Below are positions 1-12,094 of a stretch of DNA of 64,000 nucleotides, in pieces. The translations under genes were made by a program, and so were the position numbers. The stretch spans positions 35,006,381 through 35,070,380 of the forward strand of contig CM109057.1 of the NCBI GenBank assembly GCA_048569125.1, given 5' to 3'. The notes beneath the pieces were generated by a model that ran no database searches, was not told where the DNA came from, and saw nothing but the letters and a program-made list of their open reading frames with translations. This DNA comes from Diretmus argenteus. Lineage: Eukaryota. Positions within the stretch are counted from its first letter, which is position 1, and the number at the start of each line of letters is the position of its first letter.

Positions 1-1854
1 TTGTGGGACTACCAGATGGGTGGCGTTTAAAGTCAGTTTAGCATACTTTTGTTTGTGAATGACAACTTATTTGACACTATTTTAACTGTCTTGATTAAAA
101 CCCTGTAGGCTGTAAAACCTGATCTACTGATCTGATGCTGCAGGTAGATCAAAACAAAAGCCTACATGTGATAGAAATGCTGGGAGACACAGTTTAACTC
201 TGAGACATCAAAGACAGAGTTGTAACCGCAGCTTATTATGCAACGGTAGTACAGCTTTTGCATCACTTCCGTTTCAGACTCTGCACAGTTCCTCTTTTCC
301 CTCTTTTGGCCCGTTTACTTGCACTTCCCTTCGGTCTGCAGCCTTATATGGTGTTGAACAGCCCACACCTGTTTACTAGACACGTGATCTATCAAACCCA
401 ATACATGACAGATGGGTAATTGTATGGTCAGGTCAACCTGCTCCTCAGTGGACACACCATCTTCCTCAGAATGCTGTTGATGTACAACAACAGTAGCCAT
501 GTAATGGGATTCATCAAACTTGGGGTGTGTCAGATATTCAAAATAAGTTTTTTAAAGTCAATTTGTGCAAAAGGATAAAATGGTAAAAAACAAAAAAAAC
601 AAATGGAAGAACATTTAAAGTACCACACTCGATCCTCCACTACAGGACAGAATCTCTTCAGATATCTCCTCTCTTCCTTCATCTCCTCCATCATTCTTCT
701 GTTCTCCACCCAGGCCAGGATAGAGGGAGAGAGGAGAGAGAGGAGAGCAGCAGCTGAGCAGAGGACCACTGGCCAGGGATGTGGAGAGCAAACAGCCATG
801 GGGGACAGAAGCAGCGAGAGTGGAGCCTGGATAAGAGCCTGTTCCGGGTGCTAAGGAGGGGAGAGCAGTAGGAGGAGGAAGTGAAGAGAAAGGTGAAGGA
901 CAGGCTGGAGGGTTGGAGAGAGGGGCAGGAGGAGGGTTGCGATGCCAGGTTTGAAAGCTTAGAGCCGGGCTGAGGCATCAGAGAGGAGGCCTGGGCTAGG
1001 AACTTATTCTCCAGACTTGGAGGAACATAGTTTGAGAAGAGACGTCTCCCTGATGTGGTCTGCTGCTCTCCAGGGACGCTGTTCACCTGTAGCAGCGTCC
1101 GCATCTCTGCTGAGAAACACATCAAGGGTCATAGTCCATCACAAAGGTGAGCGTCCAACCTCCCCCGCCCTGACATGCAGTGGGATACACTGTTCAACCA
1201 CATTCCATCAACTGTTTGAACAGTCACTGTACTACAGTAGTTATAGTTACAGTAGTTGCTCAGATACAGGTTATTGCTATGACAAAGAGAACAATAAAAC
1301 GAGGACAACATTGGCAAGCAGTCAGCCCAAGGCCCAACAGACTGGGTGGAGTGTCAGTAGATACTGTGATGGGAAATCTGTCGATTACCTTATTATGTGT
1401 GTTATGTGACTGCACAGTCCTGTCTTTATCAATGTATTATGATTACAATATGTTCTAAAACATCATATACGTCATCTAAAGTAAAACTAGAGAGCGCCTG
1501 CTGATTCATGCATATGCCTGAACACACTGTAAGCCTCCCATGCAATAGGTCCTGTTATGTTATTGTTATTTGACTTCTGTCCTAGAAATGTTCAGATCAC
1601 GCTCCACTACCTACAGTATAATACAGCTCTCTACTGTGTATACTGGGGCTCTCACTCACCAGACCCGTGAGTGCTCTGGTGAGTGTGTGATCTTCTCACA
1701 AGAATACAATCTTAAAAACAGTTTGGTCCAAAAAAAGTCTAAATAATAAAGTCTTTATTTCATATTTCACCACAATCTGAGTGCATATTGCCACCACAAT
1801 ACAAGGAGTACCATGCATAGGAAATATCCAAAAAACAAACTTGTGCATGACTCC

Positions 1855-1885
<31 letters not shown>

Positions 1886-1892
1886 ACCTCCA
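1855..1892. repeat. poly-C tract followed by a (CA)n run
   Basis: cccccccccccccccccc cacacacacacacacac. Confidence 0.9.
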
Positions 1893-2879
1893 AGTTAATT
1901 CACACATACATTATTTTTATACACTATTTTTGTTCTTATTCCTGTTTGTTTTTTTCTTCCCTACTGGACTATTTTGCACATATTTTTTCTTTCTTAAAAA
2001 AACAAACAACAACAAATTACTTTTGCACATTTTGAGCACATTTCTTTTCAAAATCCTCTTATTCTTATCTACTATGTGCATGTATATCATTTTATTATCT
2101 TTATTATTATTTTCATTATTTTATCATTATTTCTTTATTATCATTATTTTGTTGTTACTTATATTGAGCCGGAATAGGTACTAAATACATTTCACTTTAC
2201 ATTAAACTGTGTATGATTGTGTACATGACATATAAAACTTTAACTTTAACAGGGAATGTAATGTAGTTGGGGGTGGGGCAAAATGTAAATTAAATTAAAT
2301 GTCAACCCTGCACTGTGCATCCTTCATCACATGTACTAACATGTGTTATAGGAATACAATACAATTTTATACAACATTCATGTTTTGTCTTGTCCAATGA
2401 AAGAATTCATTAAAGAATTCATGTCATTAAAAAAATGCAACACTAGTTACATTACATCAGTACCTGTACTACGAACAATGACAATAAAGTTGAATCTAAT
2501 CCAAGATTCATGCAAATAAGAACTACTGGGTTGAGTGGATTGAAATTGCAGTACTTTGTTAATGGAAATAAAATCACATATCACTACTGTAACTTTAAGG
2601 CAGCAGCTGGATTTGTCTGGTACATGTGACTAAACGTGATTTAATAGTAGGGAAGCTGTTTCCTACTTCTTTGGAATGACTATGACTCAAGAGTTTACAT
2701 AAGTGATGCTGATGAGCACAAAGGGAATTGAGACGCACAAACTCACCCTAACCCACAGTTTACCCCCCTGTGGGGCGGCAGACATATTCAGTATGTCTGT
2801 ATGTTCCCACTATAATGTTAGTTTTTACTAAAGTCACATCAGGCTGATTTACAGTAAATATCCTCCTCCAGCTGCACGG

Positions 2880-3485
2880 TTGACCAGAGCGCAGCGCTGA
2901 TTGGTCAGTTTTGTTGTGTACATTTTTACCGTAATGACGGGTCCACGGGAGACTGTCCCCGCGTAATTGAAGATTTACCGAAAATTAGGATGAAACGTGT
3001 TAGGCAGAAAACAAACACGTATATAAACACCATTGAAGAAGTCTGAAAGCCTATTTTCCGCTCAGCGTCTGAATTTAACGCGTGTTAGAGATTGGATGAC
3101 GCTACCGTAAAGTACCGCTGTACGGCGCAAAAGGGAGGAAGCGCAACGACGCCGACGTCGTTCCACTTCCGCTGCAGCAGCAGGCAGCGGCCAGCAGCTC
3201 GGGCACCTCGAAGAAAAGAAAGAAAAATGTGGAGAGAAAGGACGGAGTGAGTCCGGAGAAGCGACGCTGAACCGCGGATACCGTCCTCGCGTCGGGCTTG
3301 GTTATTATTTGTAGTTCTCGACCGAGTATTAACGGTTAATTTCGGAGCGGTGGACGGCACAGTTTAGTAGTAGTAGTAGTGAGTGAGTGACGCGTCTCCC
3401 CCTGTAACCGTTGAGGAAGCAGCTCGCGCCAGGCCAGGCTGTGTGACATCATCTCGCGGCTCGAGGAGGAAGAGAGAGCGAGACG
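2880..3485 (+). promoter_or_regulatory. CpG-rich promoter and 5'UTR region of the znrf1-like gene
   Basis: CpG density rises sharply from about 2880 through exon 1, with many CGCG/GCGC clusters, directly upstream of the Kozak ATG at 3486 (gacgATGG). No TATA box is evident. The transcription start site is not defined. Confidence 0.45.
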
Positions 3486-6400
3486 ATGGGGACGAGAGCG
3501 AGTCGCCTGCAGGAAGACCCGGTGGTCCCCTCGTCGGCGTTCAGCGGGAAGGACGGCGCGACGACGGCGACGAAGCGAGAGTCGTACCGGCGGCCCCGCT
3601 GCGCCAGGCCCACCAGTCTCATGGTGGACTTCTCCGGGAGCTTCGAGGACACGGAGGCCAACCGGAGCCGGTCGGAGGAGGGCAGCGACTCGGATGTGGG
3701 TCAGCAGGCGAGCGCCGACGGAAGCCCCGCCGACCACCACCACCATCACCACCACAACCACCAGCACCAGCACCACCACAGCGGCCTCCTCCCGTCCAGC
3801 ATCAGCCAGGCGTCGCCGGACGACAGCAGCGAGGGCAAGCCGGAGGAGGACGGCGGGACTCTGAGCCCGGAGGCTGCGGCGGCTGCGGCTGCTGTCAGTG
3901 CGGAGCATCAGTCCGGGGAGGAGACAGGAGGCCGCGTGCCCCACCGCACCTTTTCTGAGCGGCTGCCCGGGAATCGGCACTCTTCCGGGGGGCGCAATGT
4001 CAGCGCGAGGTCCGCCCGGGTTCGAGGCGCGCACCAGCGGCCGGTGTCGGAGGCTTGGATCGGCCTGTACCGTGTCAACAACCGCCATGGCAGTAAGTTA
4101 AAAACCAGACCTGTCGTGATTTATTTAGATCAGTGGTTCTCAAGCTTTTTCATATCAAGGACCATTATTTAGATCAGTGGTTCTCAACCTTTTTCATATC
4201 AAGGACCATTATTTAGATCAGTGGTTCTCAACCTTTTTCATATCAAGGACCATTATTTAGATAAGTGGTTCTCAACCTTTTTCATATCAAGGACCATTAT
4301 TTAGATAAGTGGTTCTCAACCTTTTTCATATCAAGGACCATTATTTAGATCAGTGGTTCTCAACCTTTTCCATATCAAGGACCATTATTTAGATCAGTGG
4401 TTCTCAACCTTTTTCACATCATGGACCATTATTTAGATCAGTGGTTCTCAACCTTTTTCATATCAAAGACCATTATTTAGTCGTCATTAGAGCCATTTGA
4501 TGAGATTTCACCTCTCAGACCCAAAACTTAGAATATTTTGTTATTGTTGGATAAGATTTTGTCCAGAATTCCAACGCTATGGAGAGATAACAGCCAAACT
4601 TCAATCAAAATAACTCTTCTTCTTCTTCTAATTCTTCTACATTCTCTAATGGTGTAAACTTCTTGTAAATTAGGTAATGCAGATGTTCAACAATAATTTA
4701 ACTCTGAGTGTACAAATGAAACCAAATGGACCCCTAAGTTACAGACCTATAAGGGTCCATTTGGTTCCCAACTACCTATCATTTAGCTGGGGACCACCTG
4801 GAACCCCCCTCAAGGACCACTGGTGGTCCCCAGACCACTGGTTGAGAACCACTGATAGATAGTTAATGGATTTGGAAGGGAGTTGCTTTGTTTGTGTTGA
4901 TTGTCTGTGTCGGTGTCAAGCTCAAGTCAAGATATGATTTAAAGAACAGGAGTAACTTGATTTAGAAAGTAGGTGGAATCCAACAATGTGACCCTCAATC
5001 TGGCCATTGCGAAATTAAAATGGATTATTCAGGGAATTTACATTCCTGAACAGATAATCTCTTCTCTTGTGCTTACACACTGAGACTCCATTGTGCTAAG
5101 TCGCCTGGAGGAGTTCACGTACGAGCCTTTCTGCTACCACAAGGCCCGTTGACACTGGTGATAATATCATAAGGCATAAAGTGTGTAATTACTCAGCATG
5201 ATGCACCTCATTTCTTCTCAAGTGCACAGAAAAGGGAACATGAGCTTGAAGAGGAAATCAAACATGATCCAATCAGCAGGGATGGTGGCGGTGGTGGTGG
5301 TGGGATCAGCAGAACATCTCAAGCCAAAACACAACAATGGTCTGAATATCCCAGGGCAGCCCCCCAAGCAAGTGTAGGGAAGTGGGTCAAAGGCTTCACG
5401 TGCCCACTTGTATGCTGGCAGAGGCTCATAGATGGGGCAGAATGTAGGGCATCTAGGGACCGGTTCCCACATTCTGTCCCATCTACTGACGGGACGCGGC
5501 TCGACTGTCTCTCCAGCCCGAGTCGGTGTTTTGTGAGGTGGATGCAATAATATCTACGATAGGGTTCCCACTCGTCCTGGAAAACCTGGAAAATCAGAGA
5601 CTAGATTTCCAGTCACGGGGAAAAACCTGGAAAATTGACTAAAATGGCCAAATATCCTGGGGGGAAAAATCTATGTTGTCTGATTGTATTTTAGCCCCTC
5701 ACTCAGATCGCCTATGTAAACCTATGTATAACTGTTAGTAGGACTATAGCGGCGCTGCCTAATTTGGGTCCCGCGGGCCACGTTTGAGAGCTTGTAAGTA
5801 AATAAACTAACAACAAGAAGAGGCCTGAGACACTTCATCATGAACCCTGCATCGTTAACAAAGGAGAATAAAACTGGGGGTTAAAGGTGTCGATACTAAG
5901 GACTACTGGTAAATCATACGACCGTTTGCGAGCGAGTGCTGTCCTGGATTGTCAAGAAAAACTCCTGGAAAATGTCCTGGAAAAAGGATTTCCTCGAGAA
6001 GAGTGGGAACCCTGAGAATGTAGGTCATCTAGGGACCGTTTTTCACATTCTGTCCCATCTACTGACGGCCGCGGCTCGGCTGTCTCTCAAGCCCGACTCA
6101 GTGTTTTGTGAGGAGGATGCAATAATATCTACGAGACGGCGATATAGGGTGATTGTATTTCAGTCCCCTTTATTTAGGTAAATCAGGCCGTGTAAGCTAG
6201 ATGTCCTAACGCGGCGCTTGTGCTCAACTTAATGCGTATCATCTATCATTTATGTCTCGCTACTCACTCACTAATCTCAGCGCTATTGTCTCTCTACTCT
6301 GTGCAGATATCCGCTGTCCTTTCTGCTCAAAGCCCTTCCCAGGAGGTCGGATCGAGGATCACTTGTTGAGCTGCCTCACGTCTCCTCCTCTACCGTACAA

Positions 6401-6964
6401 CGGTAAGTATCATAGCGCAGAAATCTGCCGTAGTCATTTTTTTTGGGGGGGGGGGAGCTGAAAATGCTAATGTGTCGTAGTCTCCTCTGTGTTTATGGTA
6501 ACGTTGATGTCTAACGCCGTGTTGTGTTTGTGTTCGTCGGACAGCGGATGTGCTCAGTAAAGACAGCGGCGAGTGTTCTATCTGTTTGGAGGATCTGGTA
6601 CAGGGAGAGACCATCGCCAGGCTGGCTTGCCTCTGTGTCTACCATAAGAGGTAAACAACCTTAACTCAACTGACGATGACAAAAAATAATCGCACAAAAC
6701 ACATAAACAGTACAACAAAAGCAAAATAAACACTAACTTGTAAACACTTTTTTCACATCTTACCAGTGGTCCTTCATATTTAAGGAACCTTGAAAGGCCT
6801 CGATCACATCACATCACACTGACTGCATTCAGTCGTTTTTCACACGTTGGTGACTGACAGAGAAGCCGTTGAGGAAGCTGACGTGGAACGGTCTATTGAA
6901 TCCGCTATCTCGACAGTATTAAACCAACTGGACGGTATATTTATCTATTAATGACGATAGCGTA

Positions 6965-6997
<33 letters not shown>

Positions 6998-9236
6998 GTC
7001 TGTCCTTCGCGTATCTCGAGAACCGTTGAACGGATCGACTTCAAACTCGGGGAGTGCGTTTAGCATGGGTGCACGGAGTCCAGAGCACTGTGTTTGTACA
7101 GTTTGGACAATATAAATAATTACCATGAATAAATTAGTGTTATATTCTGCTCCGCCCGTCTGGATATACCTGCATATAAAACTAACAGACCCTCTGGCAC
7201 CACTGGGCGGAGTTGCGTGACGTCACCAGGTCCCGCCGCCACAGCAACAAGACGACACAAAACACGAGATACAGGGCGGTGCATGGGGGGAACGGGCACT
7301 GCACTAGTTTTCTCTAAAAGAACAACCAACTGCACTTAAAGCTGTTGATCAGAAAGATGTATTTGCCGTACTTCTGACAGGATTTGAGAGCACACGTGTC
7401 GTTGCTCTGATTGGTTGTAGGTGTATCCGATTGCGTCCAGAAGCATGGCAAATGAACATGAACTGAGAGGTTTAGTTTAGTTTATTTAGAATCCCCATTC
7501 GTCATTACCTCAGTAACAACTGCTCTTACTGGGGTCCTTTCAAATACAATAATACATTCAAACCTAAAATCATCGTACAATCTGAACAAAACAATACTTC
7601 CATGCACATTGTACAATACATCACCAAAACAAAGAAGAAGAATAAGAAAAAAATATATAATAAAACAAGTAAATCATAATAATATAATAAAACAAGTAAA
7701 TAATAATATAATAATAATAATAAAACAAGTAAATAATAATAATATAATAATATAATAAAACAAGTAAATAATAATATAATAATAATAATAAAACAAGTAA
7801 ATAGTAATATAATAATAAAAAAAGTAAATAATAATATAATAATAATAATAAAACAAGTAAATAATAATAAACAAGTAAATAATAATAATAAATAATAATA
7901 ATGATGATTACTTCACCATCATTTTTAAAAGAACTCATGAGAATATCCATCTTAAGTCTATCAGGGTAAAACTCCTCAGAGGTGGAGAGGCGACAAAGGT
8001 CCTAACTCATACCCAACCCACATCACACAAGTGACCTATATTTGGATTCAAAACTGCAACTGAACTCTATCAGAAAAAGATTTCCTTCTGTATAATCGCT
8101 GATCTAAGTTTCTTTTTGAAGCTTGTCTCGCTGCTAATCTGAGTTAGATGTAATGGCAGTTTGTTCCAGTTTGACATTGCTCTATACAATACAGTTTTCT
8201 TTACTGCATTGGATTTAGGTCATGGAAGTGTGAAGCGTTCCATAGCTGCATGTCTGGTATTATAATAGGGTTGATCATTAGTCCATGTTAACCGTGAATA
8301 TAAACAGATAGGCTCGCTCAAGATAGAGATGATGCTACTAGCCAGTCTGTCTTCCACCCTCATCCGTGACAGAACTGAGAGGTTCCAGACTAATACGCAT
8401 TGGTGAGTTGGTCTCGCGATGCCAGGCTGGTAGGAAGGTAGTGGGCACGACAACGACTGACCTTCATGACATGAAGTCCTCGGCAAATGAACCAGGGTTC
8501 GTAAAATCAAACTAGCACTAATGAGAAAATATACAAACGATCCCCGGTTCAGAGTCGAGCATTCGGCCCAAGTGTGAAAACGTATAACACAATAGCTCCG
8601 TCAATTACTGCTTTCTAAAGTCGGCTAAATAGTGGCGCTTTGTGCTGGATTTCTATGAGAAGTTGTAAAACGTTAGATACAAACAGAAGTGCATAATAAC
8701 CGTCTGACCCGTCTAGCAGAAATAAAGTAAGTTGGGCATCAGTCTTCAGCCCCCTCCATCCATACTCCTCACCGATGTTTACTATAGTCCTAATGTGAGA
8801 TCGATCAAACCCTCCCGGATGCTTCAGCGTTGGTCTTCCTTTTTTTGTTGCTGTTTTTGCAGTCGATATGCTGCTGTTGGCAATGGCGGAATGGGGTATT
8901 GTTGATGAACGTGGATGATGACGTAATTGTGATTGACAGGCATAGTGGCCTCAGAGCTTCCCTGATTGGTCGCATGCTACCGGGAGCGCAAAACAACCGT
9001 TACGCCCCCTACAGTACAGAGGCAGGAATGGACACCAGCGCCAGATATTCTCACAGACCACTCGACTCACTCATACCTGACAGACCACGGGGACAATTCT
9101 GGCACATTGACATGAGTTAATCAAAGAGTAATGTTGTCTCTTTAACCCCCCCCCTCCTTATTTGTCCTCTCCCTCTAGTTGTATTGATTCCTGGTCCAAG
9201 GTGAAACCCTGCTGTCCTGAACATCCCTTCGATTGA
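3486..9236 (+). CDS. znrf1: ZNRF1-like RING-H2 E3 ubiquitin ligase, 288 aa (zinc and ring finger family)
   Basis: Coding exons are 3486-4092, 6307-6402, 6545-6650 and 9179-9236, with stop TGA at 9234-9236. All junctions are canonical GT-AG (CA|GTAAGT, ACG|GTAAGT, AG|GTAAAC; acceptors tgcag|, acag|, ctag|) with consistent phases 1, 1, 2. The N-terminus MGTRAS has the Gly2/Ser6 N-myristoylation pattern of ZNRF proteins. Exon 2 encodes the C4-type zinc finger ...IRCPFCSKPF...HLLSCLT. Exons 3-4 encode the RING-H2 VLSKDSGECSICLEDLVQGETIARLACLCVYHKSCIDSW...CPEHPFD*, which aligns to the human ZNRF1/ZNRF2 C-terminus as I recall it. The YHKSCIDSW motif favours ZNRF1 over ZNRF2. Exon 1 is long (202 aa), low-complexity, and carries poly-His and poly-Ala tracts. 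The 3'UTR probably extends to a polyA signal near 11936. Confidence 0.75.
4125..4856. mobile_element. TIR-bounded non-autonomous DNA element (MITE) with tandemly amplified terminal 44 bp unit
   Basis: About 8 tandem copies of agatcagtggttctcaacctttttcatatcaaggaccattattt span 4125-4480. The matching inverted terminus ggttgagaaccactg lies at 4841-4855 (TIR CAGTGGTTCTCAAC). The same TIR defines the element at 14691-15069. It lies only about 35 bp downstream of the znrf1 exon 1 donor. Confidence 0.6.
5330..6150. repeat. Composite interspersed repeat (two direct copies of a ~160 bp unit plus an inverted segment)
   Basis: 5400-5560 and 5990-6140 share ...atctagggaccg(g)tt(c/t)cacattctgtcccatctactgacgg...ggatgcaataatatctacga.... 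Between them, gggttcccactc at about 5567 pairs with gagtgggaaccc at about 6001. It lies in znrf1 intron 1. Confidence 0.5.
6964..7006. repeat. (GTCT)n microsatellite
   Basis: tgtctgtctgtctgtctgtctgtctgtctctctgtctgtcc. Confidence 0.9.
7621..7915. repeat. AT-rich minisatellite, ~27 bp unit (aataataaaacaagtaaataataatat) x ~10
   Basis: The tandem periodic repeat is visible directly in the sequence. The ORFs over it (poly-Y/L/I) are artefacts. Confidence 0.9.
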
Positions 9237-12094
9237 CTTATGGGTCACATATATTCCACACAGTGACCAACCCGACTCAGGTGTGTGTGTGTGTGTATCT
9301 CAGACTGACTGAATAACACAATATTTCAGTACAGCAGTAAGAATACTTGTAAATGTAATAATAATGGGCACTTTCTCCCTTTCCACCCCTACAGGAGACT
9401 ACACTGAACCCCAATACTGCAGAAAACAATGTATATTAGATTGAGAAAGTTATATTTGAGTGAAGTAGTGGTGGTCCTAAGAGGAAGCTGCAGTTGACGA
9501 CACCCTCTCTGTCTGGATCAGTCCATTTGAACTTGGTCTAGACCATTTTAAGCCAAACTCCAACAATGAAAACAGCTGCTCCATCAATCTGTGGTCCAGA
9601 CCATGGCTGGAACGGAGGGGGATTCCCTCTCTCCTTCATGGACTCGGCTTGAAACCACTGGACACAAAGAAATATGTCAAATCAATATTAGCATCCCAGA
9701 ATGATGGAATGCCCCTTCAAAGATTTCTTGGAACTTTGGGGAGGAACGCAAACAAATGTCTTAACTGTGACTCTGCGTCCTCCTCCCCTGTGTCTGTTCT
9801 TTTTCTATTCCAAATGGGATTGGTCATTTATCTGCCATTTCGCAAAAAAAAAGTATTGTTCCATGTTACATTGGATGAATGTTTCTTTCCTTGGCTAACC
9901 CCAATGAACCAACCTCACACCGAAAGAGAACTGTTACTAGGTAAATATGGTATTGCTTTATATTGAGCGAGCTGGAGGTTGAGGGCTTGTTTTTGTGAAC
10001 GGGGGCTGCTGTAACTAGGTGTTTTCTGTTGTGGCCTGTATACATTTCAGGGGAAGTTTTGGGGGGTGATTGATTTGATTGTGTTGCTGAGTAGGTCAGT
10101 TTCCTGTAGGTGGTTAGTTAGCGCTGAACTTCACGTGCTGCTACTCGGGTGTTTTAGGAAGGTTGTAGGTATCTCATAGGGCCATAGTAGCGCTGGTGTC
10201 AGCACCATTTTGAGCACTTTTGTCCCTCAAGGCTGATTTTTTTTTCTCTCAAATAAGGTCTCAAATGAGGTTGTGTGTGTGTGTGTGTGTTCATATGACG
10301 ACTGGGGACAGGAAATGTCCCGATGATGACTATATACTCGAGAATGTGTGTGTGTGTTTACAGTACAGTGCCCAGAGGTCTGCCGGTCAAGAGGGTTCCC
10401 TTTTTAATTTGTAATGCTAGTTTTTAATGACACAGTCACGTTGGAAACCGCTACGCGTGGCCGTGGTACACGACATGGCGCTCCACTGGTCCCATTTTAC
10501 TTTGCTAAAGGAATGCAGTGTGGGTCTCGTCCCGCTACCCCCCCCCCCCCTCGCTCTCACGCTCTCTGGGGAGTGCAGTCCGCATGTTTGGACCAGACCC
10601 CGAGCGGCAGTTTGGCCATCTGGTTACATTAATGCCGGACCGGGGAGGGATGGAGGGACGGATGAACTGAGGGATGTATTTTTGGGGGCATGTTTACGCC
10701 ATGTGGCAGCTGCCTCTTTCCCAGGACTGGAGGCTATGAACAGCTGATGGCTAATTATTGGATTAGCTTCACCCCCCCTATTACTTTTTTAAAAAGATTT
10801 ATAGACATTGTATCATCACATTAGGATTCTGATTATCGCTAAATGTGTTAAATGGCTTCTCTTGCCTTTTTTGTGTGTTGATTGCCTTTGCCTGGTGAAG
10901 GGGTTCACGTGCAAGCAGGTGTGTGTCGTCTTTTTAGGCGTGAGTCGAGATGCTAGCCTAACAGTAAAGCCTGTCTAGGTTGTGTGCGCAGTCCAGGGTA
11001 CTGTACTGCGCACACAGGACGAGGAGGGGGGGGACATTTATTGATAATGTTTCTGATTGCTTTTGCCGCCTGCTCAAAGGCCACGTCTGCTCTACATGAT
11101 AAACCTCTATCCTACCACGGTATGGATCAGCACAAAGGTCCGCTCTGTCGCTCCGTTGCACAGGTTTCCCATTGGCTAGTGTCTTCACCCGGCCTTCTTC
11201 GTCCCTTGTGTTCTGCAGTCTGAGGTGCTATGACTTACCCTGCCACTAGAGGGCAGCCCCATGCATGTTTCCCCCTTTTTTGTACTGAGAAAAAGAACAA
11301 TGCCAAAAGTCCGTCTGAGCGCTCGGTGCTCGGTGTGTGTGAGAGAGAGAGAGAGAGAGAGAGTGCAGAAGAGGAGATACATTGACCATTAGGTGTTACA
11401 TTTGTTGTGGTGATAATGAATAATGATGTTGTATACTTTGAGCGGGGGGGAGGGCGGGGGGTTGTCGGGTTGTCACTCAAGATAACGGACAATCCGAAGC
11501 CCCTCATGTGACACAATTTAGATTTTTTTTACCCCCTGTGAGCTGTGTGGTGCAATACCTCAATTTTTACCAATGCTAACGAGATGCTCTGTAAACTCGC
11601 TCCTCTCCGACCGAGGATGTTTTGTACAATGTTCCTCCATCCTTGGTTTTGAAACGCAGGGCGCCGATCCCTTTCTTTTGAGACCATCGCGCCGATGTAT
11701 TTGATGAGAATGTTTAAAAAAGAAAGAAAAAAAGAGTCACCACAGTGGTATCATCCCCAAGATATGGACAATCTGCCTTTTACTCTGGTATAAGAAACAA
11801 ATTGAGTTTTATTTATTAAATTGTAAATATGTAATGCAATTCAAAAATGGCTTGGTCTTTGTCTGTTCAATATACTGTTTCTAAGCGCCGATCTTTTGTA
11901 TGTCTCAGAAGTTGTTTTTATATGTATTTTTTACAATAAATATATTATGTGTGAGAGACGTCCCTGTGAGCGTCTGTTTTTATGTGTTTTGAGGTTCGTC
12001 GTGTATTTGTGGGTGTGTTTCAGGGTTCAGTGCAGTGGCAGGACGCACTCTTTCAGAGATGGTGAAGAATCTACTTTTACTGAATCTTAAATTA

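Noticed and set aside
600-1140. Several overlapping 80-145 aa ORFs on both strands in a GA/AG-rich stretch
   Set aside because: They are purine-rich low-complexity sequence (GGAGAGAGG repeats). No splice-consistent structure and no recognisable protein similarity were found.
3336-4088. 250-aa ORF on the minus strand antisense to znrf1 exon 1
   Set aside because: It overlaps a verified, conserved coding exon in a GC/CpG-rich region where long antisense ORFs arise by chance. Its translation is low complexity (poly-V/R/A) with no recognisable domain.
4125-4480. Regular 44 bp tandem array that superficially resembles a CRISPR repeat array. The same applies to the 41 bp array at 20008-20370.
   Set aside because: This is eukaryotic sequence. 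The units are contiguous with no unique spacers. The 44 bp unit is part of a MITE terminus.
7621-7950. ORFs encoding poly-Tyr/Leu/Ile peptides
   Set aside because: They are artefacts of translating the AT-rich 27 bp minisatellite.
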